From Desulfatiglandales bacterium (GTDB taxonomy: Bacteria > Desulfobacterota > DSM-4660 > Desulfatiglandales > Desulfatiglandaceae): 64,000 nucleotides of DNA. Of the stretch, positions 49,688 to 60,428 are shown piece after piece. A program made the translations under genes and the position numbers. The first letter of the stretch is position 1, and each line of letters starts with the position of its first letter. The notes below the pieces were generated by a model that saw only the letters and a list, made by a program, of their open reading frames with translations, was not told the DNA's origin and did no database searches. Location of the stretch: NCBI GenBank assembly GCA_963666345.1, contig OY762721.1:2240001-2304000 (forward strand), written 5' to 3'.

Positions 49688-50455
49688 ATGACCATATCCG
49701 CCTGCATCATATGTTTTAATGAAGAAAGCAATATTGAAAGATGCCTTTCAAGTGTCGCCTGGGCAGATGAGATCATTGTCATAGACTCCATGAGCCGGGA
49801 CAGGACAACGGAGATCGCAAGAGGTTTCACCGATTCCGTATATCAGAGAAGCTGGACAGGGTATGTGGACCAGAAAAATTTCGCCCTTTCCAAGTCAACC
49901 GGGGATTGGATCCTGAGTGTCGATGCCGATGAAGAGGTCCCTGATTCCCTGCGGCGGGAGATAATTTCCGAGATAAATAAAAAAGATGCCAAGTGTGGTT
50001 ATTCCATGCCCAGAAGGTCTTTTTACCAGGGAAGGTGGATTAATCACAGCGGCTTTTATCCGGACAGGCAGTTGAGGCTTTTCAGGCGCGATAAGGCCGA
50101 ATGGGTTGGCAGCAGGGTGCATGAAAGGGTTGAAATAGACGGCCCTATTGGTGAGCTCAAAAACGATCTTCTCCACTACCCATATAAAGGGGTGATTTCA
50201 GGACAGATCCGAACGGTTGACAATTTTTCCGGGCTTCTTGCGGAAAACCTCCGGGAAAAAGGTGCTCGTTACAGTGTGTGGCTTCTTCTTATAAGGCCTG
50301 TTTTCAAGTTCTTGGAGGTCTATTTTTTGAAGCTGGGGTTCCTGGACGGCAGCGCGGGTCTCATAATAGCGGTTACCTCCTCTTACGCGATGTTTGTACG
50401 CTATGTGAAGTTGAGGGAGCTTGAAAGGGCCATGAGCAAAAAAGAACTTATATAA
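49688..50455 (+). CDS. GT2 glycosyltransferase, WaaE/KdtX-like LPS core enzyme
   Basis: NEE.NI.RCL.S, DS.S.D.T, QKNFA, DADE, VHE and GFLDG..G. Confidence 0.88.
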   Translation: MTISACIICFNEESNIERCLSSVAWADEIIVIDSMSRDRTTEIARGFTDSVYQRSWTGYVDQKNFALSKSTGDWILSVDADEEVPDSLRREIISEINKKDAKCGYSMPRRSFYQGRWINHSGFYPDRQLRLFRRDKAEWVGSRVHERVEIDGPIGELKNDLLHYPYKGVISGQIRTVDNFSGLLAENLREKGARYSVWLLLIRPVFKFLEVYFLKLGFLDGSAGLIIAVTSSYAMFVRYVKLRELERAMSKKELI

Positions 50456-50469
50456 ACAGCCGGCCGGAC

Positions 50470-51612
50470 CTATCCTTGTGCTGCGGTTTTCCTGTATATC
50501 TCAGCCATCCTGGAGGCGACAGCGTCCCAGTCATGATTTAGGGCGGCCTTGTTTCCCCTTTTGCCCATATCAATCCTTTTGTCTTGATCTAGAAGGGACA
50601 GAAGGGCGTTTGCCATGTCGTTTTCAGAAGGGTTTTTGGGCAGTACAAACCCGCTGTTTCCTTGCGACACAATGTCCTTTGCCCCGACAGTCTCCGAGAT
50701 TATGACAGGAAGCCCCGCTGCCATTGCCTCAAGCACGACTATGCCGAACGTGTCGAATATCGAGGGCATGGCAAAGATATCGCTTGCAAAAAAATATCTT
50801 TCCACGTCATTAACAACGCCTAAAAAAGTGACCCTTTTTTCAATCCCCAGACTTCCGGCCATTTTCATATAACGGCCATTATCTCCCTTGCCGGCAATCA
50901 GGAGCCTGAGCGCCCCTGCCCTGCTTTCAATGGCCTTTGCCCTTGCTATCCCCTTCAGGATAAGGCCAAGCCGTTTTATCTCAAAATTCATTCCCACGAA
51001 CAGTACGGCGATGTCGTCAGGGGAGAGGCCGAGGGCCTTACGCATTTCATGCCTGGCGCCTTCATGGTTTGACAGGCTGAATCTTTTGAGAGAGATTCCC
51101 GGATGCATTATCTCGATTTTGGATTCATCTGTCTCATAGATACGCTGAAATTCCTCTTTCACAAGGCTTGAAACCGGAAATATCCTTTTGAGTCTCCTGT
51201 TGCCGATGCATCTTTTTTCCGCGTAAGCAGTTGCCCGGTCAAAAAGGGTGAGCCTTTTTGCGCGCGCCTCCTTTACCCAGTTTTTGTGGGGGATCCCGTG
51301 AAAGGTCATGAGGTCGCACTCGAAGATCCTTTCATGGCTGTGTACTATGTCGAATTTGTGGGGATTTATGATCCGTTGTACAGAATAGGCAAAACTCAGG
51401 GGCCTGAGCCACCTGGGAAATGGAATTTTCGGGGCCTTGTGAAACCTTACCTGTGACGCGCCCGGCCGCCAGCGGTTGCATATCACGTGGATTTCCAGCC
51501 CCTGTTTCAGGGCCAGGCGTTCTGTGAGTTCATAGACAAAGGCCTCTGCTCCACCTACGAGGCCGTATTTGGGGACAACTACCGCGACCCGGATTGGATT
51601 CTTTAAAGGCAT
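50470..51612 (-). CDS. GT4 glycosyltransferase, WaaG-like
   Basis: GGAE, SHER and PS.FDTFG.VVLEAMAAGLPV. Confidence 0.88.
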   Translation of the reverse strand: MPLKNPIRVAVVVPKYGLVGGAEAFVYELTERLALKQGLEIHVICNRWRPGASQVRFHKAPKIPFPRWLRPLSFAYSVQRIINPHKFDIVHSHERIFECDLMTFHGIPHKNWVKEARAKRLTLFDRATAYAEKRCIGNRRLKRIFPVSSLVKEEFQRIYETDESKIEIMHPGISLKRFSLSNHEGARHEMRKALGLSPDDIAVLFVGMNFEIKRLGLILKGIARAKAIESRAGALRLLIAGKGDNGRYMKMAGSLGIEKRVTFLGVVNDVERYFFASDIFAMPSIFDTFGIVVLEAMAAGLPVIISETVGAKDIVSQGNSGFVLPKNPSENDMANALLSLLDQDKRIDMGKRGNKAALNHDWDAVASRMAEIYRKTAAQG

Positions 51613-51626
51613 TTTTTATCCTAAAA

Positions 51627-52661
51627 TCAATTGTCATACAATTGACGTCTGATAATATCCGCTATCCTCTTGGATGCCTTTCCGTCACCAAAAGGATTTT
51701 CGGATGGAGAATCGGCCTTTACATTCACCCAATCAAGGTTTCCAAGTATGTCATGTCCCACGAGTCTTCCCAGGCCGGTTTCCACAGTCTCAGGTCGTTC
51801 GGTATTATTTCTTACGATGAGAATCTTTTTGCCGAAATAGACCGCTTCCTCCTGCAGGCCCCCGCTGTCGGATATAATGAAAAGAGCCCTGCTGAGGTAA
51901 CCGAGCATGTCCTGATATCCTACAGGTTCAATAACATGGAGGTTGCTTCCCTCCAGAATGCCCCTGTGTTTCCGGACATTTGGATTCGGATGTATCGGAA
52001 ACACAAACTCCAGTCCCGGGTATCTGGCGGCTGTTTCATTAATCTGCCTGAAAAGCTCAGGCATTACATGATGGTTTTCCCTTCTGTGAAGGGTGATAAG
52101 GCATTGGTTTTCGTGGCTTGCCGGAAGGTTGAAAAAGTCGAGAGAATCTACAATAGTATTGCCGGTCAGGTAGATATTCTGAGCCCCTTCACTTTCCAGA
52201 TGCTCCTTGGCCTTTGCTGTAGGTGCGAAGTTGAATCCTGAAACCTGGGATATGAATCTGCGGTTTATCTCTTCTGGAAAGGGGCTCGATACATCATACG
52301 TCCTGAGGCCGGCTTCCACATGGGCAACCTTGATATGGTTATAAAATCCGATCTGTGCAACAGCGCAGGCCGAAGTGGTATCACCTTGAACTACAATGAT
52401 GTCGAAACGACTTTTCTTTAAAAGGTGTTCCATGGAAGCGCCTATCCGACAGAAGGAATCCCCGAGGCCTGAAGCCTTATCATGGTAATCTGAATTTAAA
52501 AGATAGTCAGGTTCGGGGATAAGATCCCTTACATCTTCATATAAATCCAGATGCTGACCGGTGAAGGCCGTCTTAAACGGCAGTCCCTGCGCCTTCAATT
52601 CATTAATCAAAGGGAACAGTTTTATTATCTCAGGCCTGGTTCCATATACTATTAGGATCAT
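51627..52661 (-). CDS. wecB: UDP-N-acetylglucosamine 2-epimerase, non-hydrolysing
   Basis: GTRPE.IK, TGQH, QGDT, HVEAGLR, TLHRREN, DSGGLQEE and TERPE. Confidence 0.93.
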   Translation of the reverse strand: MILIVYGTRPEIIKLFPLINELKAQGLPFKTAFTGQHLDLYEDVRDLIPEPDYLLNSDYHDKASGLGDSFCRIGASMEHLLKKSRFDIIVVQGDTTSACAVAQIGFYNHIKVAHVEAGLRTYDVSSPFPEEINRRFISQVSGFNFAPTAKAKEHLESEGAQNIYLTGNTIVDSLDFFNLPASHENQCLITLHRRENHHVMPELFRQINETAARYPGLEFVFPIHPNPNVRKHRGILEGSNLHVIEPVGYQDMLGYLSRALFIISDSGGLQEEAVYFGKKILIVRNNTERPETVETGLGRLVGHDILGNLDWVNVKADSPSENPFGDGKASKRIADIIRRQLYDN

Positions 52662-53422
52662 GACAGTAACGGTTTAAACCCCTTGGAGATTTCATGCTGT
52701 ACAACCTGGTAATATTCGTCCGATCTCTTTTTTGAGCTGCTTATCGCAACCTTGTCGATACCTCTTTCAGGATGCAGTGAGCCCCAGAGGGACTTGTCGG
52801 ATTCCGGATGTGGCGGGCAGGCCGCCCTGATTCCACATCTTTTCAGCATGGCGCAGAAGTGAATATCTTCACCAAAGGTCTTCAATAAAGGCTCCTCATA
52901 CCAGAAGTGTTTTGCCCAGTCTTTCCTGAAAAACCAGCTGTGTCCTACCAGATCGACGAATTCCAGCCCTTTATTGTGAGCCTCCCAACCCATCCTCGGT
53001 TTCTCGGTCTCCACGCAGCCGTCCCTGACAGATAAAAATCTGAGCCCGATGGTTCCAAGCATGCATCTTTCTTTGTCCACATACTCAAGGCAGTTTTCGA
53101 ACCAATTTTTTCCAGGGATGGTGTCATCATCAAATATGCATACATATTCACCCTCAAGGCATGGCGCAATGGAAAACCTGGGTATGATTCCGAAATTGTA
53201 ATCGCAGACGATCTTTTTGACTCTGTCCGAATTTTTGAAGTTCAGTTTCTGTTTTCGGTCAAAAACTCCGAGTTTTTTCGAAGGCCTGTTATACCATAAC
53301 ACAATCTCGCAAGGGGCCACGGATTGCGAAAGAACCGCCTGCACCTGTCCTTCCAGGTATTGTGGCCTGTTCCAGGCCGTTAGGATTACTGATATGCCGG
53401 GTGAGTTATTCATTACATTCAT
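52658..53422 (-). CDS. GT-A fold (GT2-like) glycosyltransferase
   Basis: ISVIL..WNRP, IFDDD and GED. Confidence 0.75.
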   Translation of the reverse strand: MNVMNNSPGISVILTAWNRPQYLEGQVQAVLSQSVAPCEIVLWYNRPSKKLGVFDRKQKLNFKNSDRVKKIVCDYNFGIIPRFSIAPCLEGEYVCIFDDDTIPGKNWFENCLEYVDKERCMLGTIGLRFLSVRDGCVETEKPRMGWEAHNKGLEFVDLVGHSWFFRKDWAKHFWYEEPLLKTFGEDIHFCAMLKRCGIRAACPPHPESDKSLWGSLHPERGIDKVAISSSKKRSDEYYQVVQHEISKGFKPLLS

Positions 53423-53464
53423 TTCTGAGAGAATCGGTTTTGTCCGGGCTATTGAAGGGCCTTT

Positions 53465-54511
53465 TCAGCCCTCTATCGAAAAGATATCGTCTCTCAGCCC
53501 AGACAAAATATTGTCAGGTATAAATATCAGGTTGTCCTGATAATAGCCAGGGATATCTAAAGTATCCGGCCCTGTTGCCTTCAGCTTGCCTTTATAGAGA
53601 AGGTAGGCAGAGTAACCGAGATTCATTATGAACAGGTACTGTTCCTTCAGGCGGTATCCGGCGGCCTCGGCATTTGTACTGCAGAATTCTACCAGGAGCA
53701 GCGGATGAAATCGTTTTAAAGTCTTTTCAGCTCCTATAAGCGCATCAAATTCCGCCCCCTCCACATCCATCTTTATTATATCGACCTGTTCAATATTACG
53801 GGTGCGACAGAAGGTGTCAAGGGTAACGGTCTCTACGATTTCATGCCTGCCGTCGAACTTGTCATAGAGGCTGTTACTGCCTCCCGCGTCAGGGGAAAAA
53901 TAAATTTTCACCCTTTTGCCGTCTTCAGAGGAAACCGCCTTCCTGACGGTTTCTATATTTTCGATTTTGTTGGAGGCTATATTTTCCCTGAGATAGGCCA
54001 TGTTTCCTTCCGACGGCTCAAAGGCATATATCATCTTTGCCCTGGTGTGAAGGCTCAGGGCATAATTGCCTACATTCGCCCCGACATCGAAAAAGACCTT
54101 GTTTTCTGAAAGAGGGGCGATGAAATCCAGCCACTCAGGCTCATAGGCTCCATCCATAAAGATGTAGTATTGTACAAAATCTCCGATATTCAATCGCAGT
54201 TTTGCCCCTGAATAGCGAATCTTACCCTTTACCAGTATGTCCCTGTTTTTTATCTTGAGAAGATACGAGTGTCTGGTCCTGGTGAAGTATTTGATGAAAT
54301 AGGCCAGATATTTATAAAATAATATACCTAAACGGCTTGTCGGTCTGTTTGAATCCATCCTTTGATTACCCCGGCTGTCCTGATATCGGAGCCGATGGCA
54401 GTCGTCAACGATATCCGAGAGGCCTTTATAAGTTTGATCAAAAGGGGTTGATTGATATGGAACCATGTCAAAATCCCGGATCACGAATATGAAAGCTGTA
54501 GCAAAAGGCAA
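53465..54511 (-). CDS. FkbM-family methyltransferase
   Basis: YEP, FDVGANVG, AFEP, TLD and KMDVEGAE. Start uncertain. Confidence 0.9.
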   Translation of the reverse strand: MPFATAFIFVIRDFDMVPYQSTPFDQTYKGLSDIVDDCHRLRYQDSRGNQRMDSNRPTSRLGILFYKYLAYFIKYFTRTRHSYLLKIKNRDILVKGKIRYSGAKLRLNIGDFVQYYIFMDGAYEPEWLDFIAPLSENKVFFDVGANVGNYALSLHTRAKMIYAFEPSEGNMAYLRENIASNKIENIETVRKAVSSEDGKRVKIYFSPDAGGSNSLYDKFDGRHEIVETVTLDTFCRTRNIEQVDIIKMDVEGAEFDALIGAEKTLKRFHPLLLVEFCSTNAEAAGYRLKEQYLFIMNLGYSAYLLYKGKLKATGPDTLDIPGYYQDNLIFIPDNILSGLRDDIFSIEG

Positions 54512-54736
54512 CTTTATCCGGAATTTAGGTTGTTTTGAAAAGAAACTAATTGGCCCTTCTTATACTGTCAAGGATAAAGAATCTGTCAACAGTCCCTTGG
54601 AAATTCGAATAGTCCGCCCCGGCTCAGATGCCATTATTGTCTTGACAATGGAATCGGTGCGACCTAAATTTGAAAACTCCTAAAAACGGACGTTTTTTGT
54701 CAACTATTATAAAACCTTAAACAGGTTATGCCATAG

Positions 54737-55399
54737 ATGATGAATAAGATTCTCCTTAAGACCAAAAAGATTTTCAACAGGGCATTCAGCAAGGACCTTG
54801 ATTATAAGAATTACTGGAATAATGAGTATGTTACAGGTGCCGGTTCCGGACCCGGTTCATACGGAAAACCGGCTGAATTTAAGGCGGAGGTAATAAACGG
54901 ATTTTTAAAGGAAAACGAGATAACCTCTGTTATTGAGTTCGGCTGCGGTGATGGAAATCAGCTCTCAATGATTTCGTACCCTGATTACCTCGGCTTGGAT
55001 GTGGCAAGGGCATCAGTTGAGCTTTGTACGGAGCGGTTTAAGGACAATGCGGCCAGAAGCTTTATGTGGTACGATCCCGGAGCTTTTGTGAATCCCTCAC
55101 TTTTTTTAAAGGCTGATCTCGTTGTGTGTCTCGATGTGCTTTATCATATCATCGATGACAATGATTTCCTGCGTACCCTGGATGCCATTTTTTCCTGTGC
55201 CTCCAGGCATGTTATCCTTTATACTACTACTGATATTCATGAGAAAAAAGACTATGAATATATGAAGGGAAGCCACGGCAAGCACCGTGATACAATGCAT
55301 TACCTTTCACAATTCAGCGATTTTGAGATAGTAAAGACTATTCCCCAGAGGCACCCTGACCTTTCAAGCGCAAGTTTCATAATCTTGACGAAAAAATAA
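54737..55399 (+). CDS. Class I SAM methyltransferase
   Basis: YW...Y..G.GSG.GS, EFGCGDGNQ and CLDVLYH. Confidence 0.82.
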   Translation: MMNKILLKTKKIFNRAFSKDLDYKNYWNNEYVTGAGSGPGSYGKPAEFKAEVINGFLKENEITSVIEFGCGDGNQLSMISYPDYLGLDVARASVELCTERFKDNAARSFMWYDPGAFVNPSLFLKADLVVCLDVLYHIIDDNDFLRTLDAIFSCASRHVILYTTTDIHEKKDYEYMKGSHGKHRDTMHYLSQFSDFEIVKTIPQRHPDLSSASFIILTKK

Positions 55400-55504
55400 A
55401 CCTGAGAATAATTATAGGTTGGAGCTCAAGTAAGTTCCTCTTTTACTGCCTGGCCCTGTTCCGGGGGCCTGAAGCGCCAACAAGATTTATACGAGGATTC
55501 TTTT

Positions 55505-56227
55505 ATGCAGCAGGACCATAGAAAAGATTTTTATGAGGCATTGGAAAAGATCGAAAATATGACTTCCTATGCCATCTCCAGGTGTGCGGATGGAGAGGCA
55601 AGTGTGCTGAGGAATAAAACAGTCGGCAACAAGGATGGATGGATGTACAGGAAGGACAAAAATCTCATCTTTCGCGCCCACCTGAGGAATTCCCTTACCT
55701 GTGTGGACAAAAATTTTGTTTACGGTATTTCAAGTCAGAATGTGGATGAAAAAAACTACAATTTTCTTCGAAAATTTGTCAGGCAGGATCCCTCCCATAT
55801 AACCTTCTCCGACATATGGGTAAATGCGAATTATGATCTTTTCAATGAGCTCTTTCTTTCAACGATCAGGCGTACGGAAAGAGAGGTTATAATAATAACA
55901 AACCCCAGGGCCGATCTTGGAGAACTGCGGAAACTTATTAATGTATCAGACTTTGTCCCGATAAAAGGCAATTGCGTAACCTATTGGGAAAAAAACAGAT
56001 CCAAGATAAAGGCGCAATTGGACCTCAAGTCAAGCCTCAATGACGGCGCTGTCTTTCTTATTGCCGCGGGGCCTCTCACCAATATCCTTATATATGATAT
56101 GTGGCGTGTTAACACAAATAACGTATATGTTGATGTAGGATCAACCCTTGACCCGCTTATCTTCCATCGAAAATCCCGCGGATATCATAACCCCGACCAT
56201 CCGCACAGAAAGATAGTAAACAGATGA
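55505..56227 (+). CDS. Probable GT-D-fold glycosyltransferase
   Basis: SRCADGE, LIAAGP and DVGS.LD resemble GT-D/DUF1792 motifs. Confidence 0.6.
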   Translation: MQQDHRKDFYEALEKIENMTSYAISRCADGEASVLRNKTVGNKDGWMYRKDKNLIFRAHLRNSLTCVDKNFVYGISSQNVDEKNYNFLRKFVRQDPSHITFSDIWVNANYDLFNELFLSTIRRTEREVIIITNPRADLGELRKLINVSDFVPIKGNCVTYWEKNRSKIKAQLDLKSSLNDGAVFLIAAGPLTNILIYDMWRVNTNNVYVDVGSTLDPLIFHRKSRGYHNPDHPHRKIVNR

Positions 56228-56416
56228 AGCCGCTCCCTGAGCACGGATTGGTTCAGATAGATATCTAAAAGCAACTGATATTTAATCAGGATTTAAACCT
56301 TTTTTGCTCTTAAATGTTATGCCGCACTTTAACATGACCCAAGGCGTAGGAATCAACCAGACAGTGCAGTTCTTTCATCTGAATGATGGACTGTGCGGCC
56401 TGCAGGCGATTTATAA

Positions 56417-57244
56417 ATGAATCAGGGGATAACCACAATCGGGGCCTATAAAGAGGCGATCAAAGGCCGTGTGTTCAATAAGATGGAAGCGTTCTCTGCG
56501 GATTTTTTAAAAGAGAATGGTTCCATACTTGCGACCCACAGGAAAAAGTGGGTCCATGATCCCCTTCACCAGTGGAGTCGCCAGTATGAATATCCATTCG
56601 TTTACGAGGCCGTCAAGGATGTTGCAGATGCCGGGAAAGGCAGGGAGATAAGCATCCTGGATGCGGGTTCAGGGGTGACCTTTTTCCCCTTTTTCATATC
56701 CTCTCTTCATCCGAAGGCTGTCATTCATTGCTGTGACAGCGACATTTCCGTCAGAGATGAAATAGGGCAGATAAATAGATCTTTAAACGGCTCAATAACC
56801 TGTTTCCAGGAAGATCTAAGAAAGATGTCATTTGAAAATGCCTGTTATGACATCGTTTACTGCATCTCTGTACTGGAGCATACGGACGACTACGATGGAG
56901 TAGTCACGGAAGTTAAAAGGATTCTGAAAGAGGATGGGATCTTTATTGTCACATTTGATATATCTCTCGATGGAAAGGATGATATATCGGTTCAAAGAGC
57001 CGGGGAACTTATTGAAATACTCGATAGTCATTTTTCGATTACCGAGGATTTTAATCCGGTGGAGGCATTGGAAAAGGTCAGCTCAAATGATATCCTTACT
57101 ACAGGCTATATCAGAGAATATGACAAAAGGCTTCTGCCCTGGCGACTTTCAAAATCCAAGGCCGTTAAGGATATCCTAAGGTTAAGAAGGCCAAGAACCA
57201 TATTCAGGGATCTCACCTTTTTTTGCGCGATATTTAAAAAGTAA
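56417..57244 (+). CDS. Class I SAM methyltransferase, Methyltransf_11-like
   Basis: WSRQYEYP, LDAGSG, CISVLEH and RILK.DG. Confidence 0.85.
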   Translation: MNQGITTIGAYKEAIKGRVFNKMEAFSADFLKENGSILATHRKKWVHDPLHQWSRQYEYPFVYEAVKDVADAGKGREISILDAGSGVTFFPFFISSLHPKAVIHCCDSDISVRDEIGQINRSLNGSITCFQEDLRKMSFENACYDIVYCISVLEHTDDYDGVVTEVKRILKEDGIFIVTFDISLDGKDDISVQRAGELIEILDSHFSITEDFNPVEALEKVSSNDILTTGYIREYDKRLLPWRLSKSKAVKDILRLRRPRTIFRDLTFFCAIFKK

Positions 57245-57250
57245 CGTCTA

Positions 57251-58930
57251 TCAGAAAAGCGCTTCCTTCTGTTTTTCTTTTTTTCTGATATCCTTTTCCA
57301 CAAATATGGGCGATTTACCGCTCAGAGCTGTCTCGGTAAAATAGATCATTGTGGCCATGGTTGAGGGGGTGGGTGTAAAAATCTGCACCTGCCTGGGTCT
57401 GAATTTGAGGACCTTCTTTGTGAAGTCCTTTAACCGGTACATGTCCTTTAGTGTGCACCCCGGGTAAGCGGCTATGAGATAGCAGGTCAGATATCGTTCC
57501 ATGCCGAGTCTTTCAGTTGTGTCCCTGAAAAGGCTTACAAAACGTTTTGTTAGATCGGACGCGGGTTTTCCCATCAACTCGAGTATATGATCCTGGCTGT
57601 GTTCCGGGGCGATCTTGAGCTGGCCTGAGATATGATGGCGGATTATGTCTTCAAGATACAGCCTGCCATGTTTTTTGTCCTGAAGGATCAGGTCATGGCG
57701 TATGCCCGAGCCTATGAAGGCCTTTTTTACACCATGTATCTCCCTTATTTTTTTCAGGAGCCTGCGCTGCCTCAGGTGGTTTACGGGAAGATGTTCGCAG
57801 GCCGAGGGTATAAGACACCTTTTGTCGATGCATCCCCCCTTCTTCGCCTTGAGGGCGCATTCTATTCCGTACATATTGGCTGTGGGTCCACCTATGTCCG
57901 AAATTATACCTTTAAAATCGGGGTGCCTTGTCATCCCCTCGGCTTCTCTCACAATCGATGCCTCACTCCTGCTGGTTACCGTGCGGCCCTGGTGGGCGGT
58001 TATGGAGCAGTAGTTGCACTCGCCATAGCAGCCCCTGTGGGTGGTGATGGAAAAGCGGATAGTGTCAATGGCCCTGACAGGGCCTTGTTCAAGGTGGCCG
58101 GGATGGAGGGCCCTTTCAAAATCCATTTCGTAGACCCTGTCGAGTTCCTGCGGGGAAAGAGGCGGCTGAGGGGGATTGTGTATCAGAAAGCGTGTGTCCT
58201 GCCTCTGGCACAGGCCGGTTGCCGTGACAGGATCGTTATTGTTGTAAAAGGAGTAAAACATCTGTCTGAATTTTTTCTTGTCCCCTGCAACCTCATCATG
58301 CGGTGAGAGTTCGAGGTACCCTTCTCTTTTTTCTTTGGCGATATAGCAGATGCCCTTTATGTCCTTTACCGATTCTTTCCGCTTAAGTTGTGTCGCAACC
58401 TGAACGATTGCGCGCTCCGCCATACCGTATACCAGCAGATCGGCCCTTGAATCGAACAGGATTGACCTGCGGATCTTATCCGACCAGTAGTCATAATGGG
58501 ATATCCGGCGCAGGCTTGCCTCGATGCCTCCTATGATAATGGGCCTCGTATCCTTGAAATATCTCCGGATAAGATTGCCGTATACTATTGTGGCCCTGTC
58601 AGGGCGCCTGATGTTTTTTCCCCCTGCCGTCAGGTCGTCTTTCTTCCTCTTTTTCCTTGTTGCGGTATAGTTGGCTATCATGGAGTCCATGCAGCCTGCG
58701 GTAATACCCCAGAAAAGTGCCGGCTCACCCAGCCTTGAGCAGTCCCTGTCACTTTCGGTATCGGGCTGAGCTATCATCCCCACCCTGTAGCCTGCATCCA
58801 TGAGGACCTTGCCTATGACGGAGACCCCGATATAGGGGGAGTCGATATAGCTGTCGCCTGTTACAAGAATTACGTCCAGTTCATCCCAGCCCAGCAGGGC
58901 TGCTTCCTTTTTTGTGGTCGGAATAAACAT
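57251..58930 (-). CDS. YgiQ-family (UPF0313) radical SAM protein
   Basis: MFIPTT.KE...LGWD.LD, GD.YID.P, GGIEASLRR, HRGCYGECNYC, GGPTANMY and LKIAPEH. Confidence 0.92.
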   Translation of the reverse strand: MFIPTTKKEAALLGWDELDVILVTGDSYIDSPYIGVSVIGKVLMDAGYRVGMIAQPDTESDRDCSRLGEPALFWGITAGCMDSMIANYTATRKKRKKDDLTAGGKNIRRPDRATIVYGNLIRRYFKDTRPIIIGGIEASLRRISHYDYWSDKIRRSILFDSRADLLVYGMAERAIVQVATQLKRKESVKDIKGICYIAKEKREGYLELSPHDEVAGDKKKFRQMFYSFYNNNDPVTATGLCQRQDTRFLIHNPPQPPLSPQELDRVYEMDFERALHPGHLEQGPVRAIDTIRFSITTHRGCYGECNYCSITAHQGRTVTSRSEASIVREAEGMTRHPDFKGIISDIGGPTANMYGIECALKAKKGGCIDKRCLIPSACEHLPVNHLRQRRLLKKIREIHGVKKAFIGSGIRHDLILQDKKHGRLYLEDIIRHHISGQLKIAPEHSQDHILELMGKPASDLTKRFVSLFRDTTERLGMERYLTCYLIAAYPGCTLKDMYRLKDFTKKVLKFRPRQVQIFTPTPSTMATMIYFTETALSGKSPIFVEKDIRKKEKQKEALF

Positions 58931-58943
58931 CCTTTTCCTTTGC

Positions 58944-60407
58944 TTATGTTGCCCTTGACCAGACATAAAGGGCCACCGCCGCGGCCGTGGCTGCGTTGAG
59001 CGATTCCACCTTTTCATCTATAGGTATGGAAAAGGCCTTGAAGCCCAGACCTGCCGGAAGCCCGGGACCTTCAATTCCGGGCAGGATCCCGAAGGCTTGA
59101 GGGAATTGAAAGCCGGCTATGTCTTCCCCTTTTGATGAAAGGGCTATGACAGGAAGGGTGTCGGGCAGGTCTCTGATTGAAGGCCCCTCATACATCAACG
59201 CCTGAAACACCGTACCCCCTGAGGCGCGGATCGCCTTCGGATGAAAGGGGCTTGCGCATTCCTTAAGCAGGATAATGCCTGCCGCGCCGAAGGCGACAGC
59301 CGACCGTACGGCCGCGCCCACGTTCTCCGGGTCCTGGAAGGGCACCAGCAGGCTGCAGCCATCTGGAAAGCCGTGAGCAGGGTCCCACTCAGGTATCGGG
59401 CTGGTCTTTACAAGTAAAAGGGGCGATTTGGTACCGAACCGGTCAAGTGATCTGAAAAGTTGGGGAGCTAGCCTGTACCAAGCGACATGCTGCGGTAAAA
59501 GGGCCTGGGCCGGCGGCTGGTCGGCCGTGGAAATCCAGGCCCTGCATCGGTCGGGAAAAGATCCGATGAAATCTTTCACCTGCTTGGGTCCTGAAAGTAT
59601 CGCCTCTTTCCTCTTTTTTATCTCCCTTGCGGCAGAAAGCTTCTTTAGGTCCTTAAATACATGATTCTGTTCGCTTTCGATTTCGCGAACCGGTCTCTCT
59701 TCCATATCCTGCTCCATTATCTGCCAGGAAGGCGAATCTATCCGTTCAAATACCACAAGCCTTCTTTCATGAGGGGTAAAAGGGATTTTGTACCTTTCGT
59801 CTCTGATTAGCCTGAATCTTTCCGCGTGCCTTTCTGCTGCGGCCTTTATTTCATCTTCACAGTTAGGGCCTTTCATGAATATGGCAAGACCTTTTGAGGC
59901 AAGGCATCCCCCGATCCTCTCCAGTGTCTTTTCAATTTTTTCCACCGCCCTGGTGATTACGCCTCTGACAGGGCGTTCAAAACGGGATGTCACCGCCCTT
60001 CCCACTATGGATATCCCTGTCAGGCTCAGATCGGATGTCGCCTTTTCAAGAAACCTGACCCGGTTTTGACGGCTTTCAGCAAGGATGATTTCCAGCTCGG
60101 GAAAGGCGATTTTCAAGGGGATCCCCGGCATGCCGGGGCCGGTTCCAAGATCAAGAAGTGGGGAGGGCAGAATCGCCATCTTTCCGGGCAGGATAGAGTC
60201 CGCATAGAGCTTCAGGACCATGTTGGAGAAACTGTGGATCCTTGTGAGGTTCAGTTCGGGATTGTAACGGCGAAGCAGGTTGTGATAAGACCATAGTAGT
60301 TGTAACTGCTCGGCGGTAAGGGTGATGCCGGATCTTTCAAGGAGGCGTGACATCTCCCTTATGGTATACGTTTTTTTGCCGTCTCTTGGTTGTATCATCT
60401 TTTTCAT
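58944..60407 (-). CDS. rsmG: RsmG (GidB) 16S m7G527 methyltransferase fused to a TrmH/SpoU SPOUT methyltransferase
   Basis: N-half has LNLTRI, DS, DLGTGPGMPGIPL, ITRAV and MKG. C-half has QDPENVGA..RSA.AFG, RASGG, G.EG.GL and VESLNAA. Start set at 60407 to avoid overlap with the divergent gene. Confidence 0.88.
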   Translation of the reverse strand: MKKMIQPRDGKKTYTIREMSRLLERSGITLTAEQLQLLWSYHNLLRRYNPELNLTRIHSFSNMVLKLYADSILPGKMAILPSPLLDLGTGPGMPGIPLKIAFPELEIILAESRQNRVRFLEKATSDLSLTGISIVGRAVTSRFERPVRGVITRAVEKIEKTLERIGGCLASKGLAIFMKGPNCEDEIKAAAERHAERFRLIRDERYKIPFTPHERRLVVFERIDSPSWQIMEQDMEERPVREIESEQNHVFKDLKKLSAAREIKKRKEAILSGPKQVKDFIGSFPDRCRAWISTADQPPAQALLPQHVAWYRLAPQLFRSLDRFGTKSPLLLVKTSPIPEWDPAHGFPDGCSLLVPFQDPENVGAAVRSAVAFGAAGIILLKECASPFHPKAIRASGGTVFQALMYEGPSIRDLPDTLPVIALSSKGEDIAGFQFPQAFGILPGIEGPGLPAGLGFKAFSIPIDEKVESLNAATAAAVALYVWSRAT

Positions 60408-60428
60408 CCGGTCGGTTCCTGATAAGAT

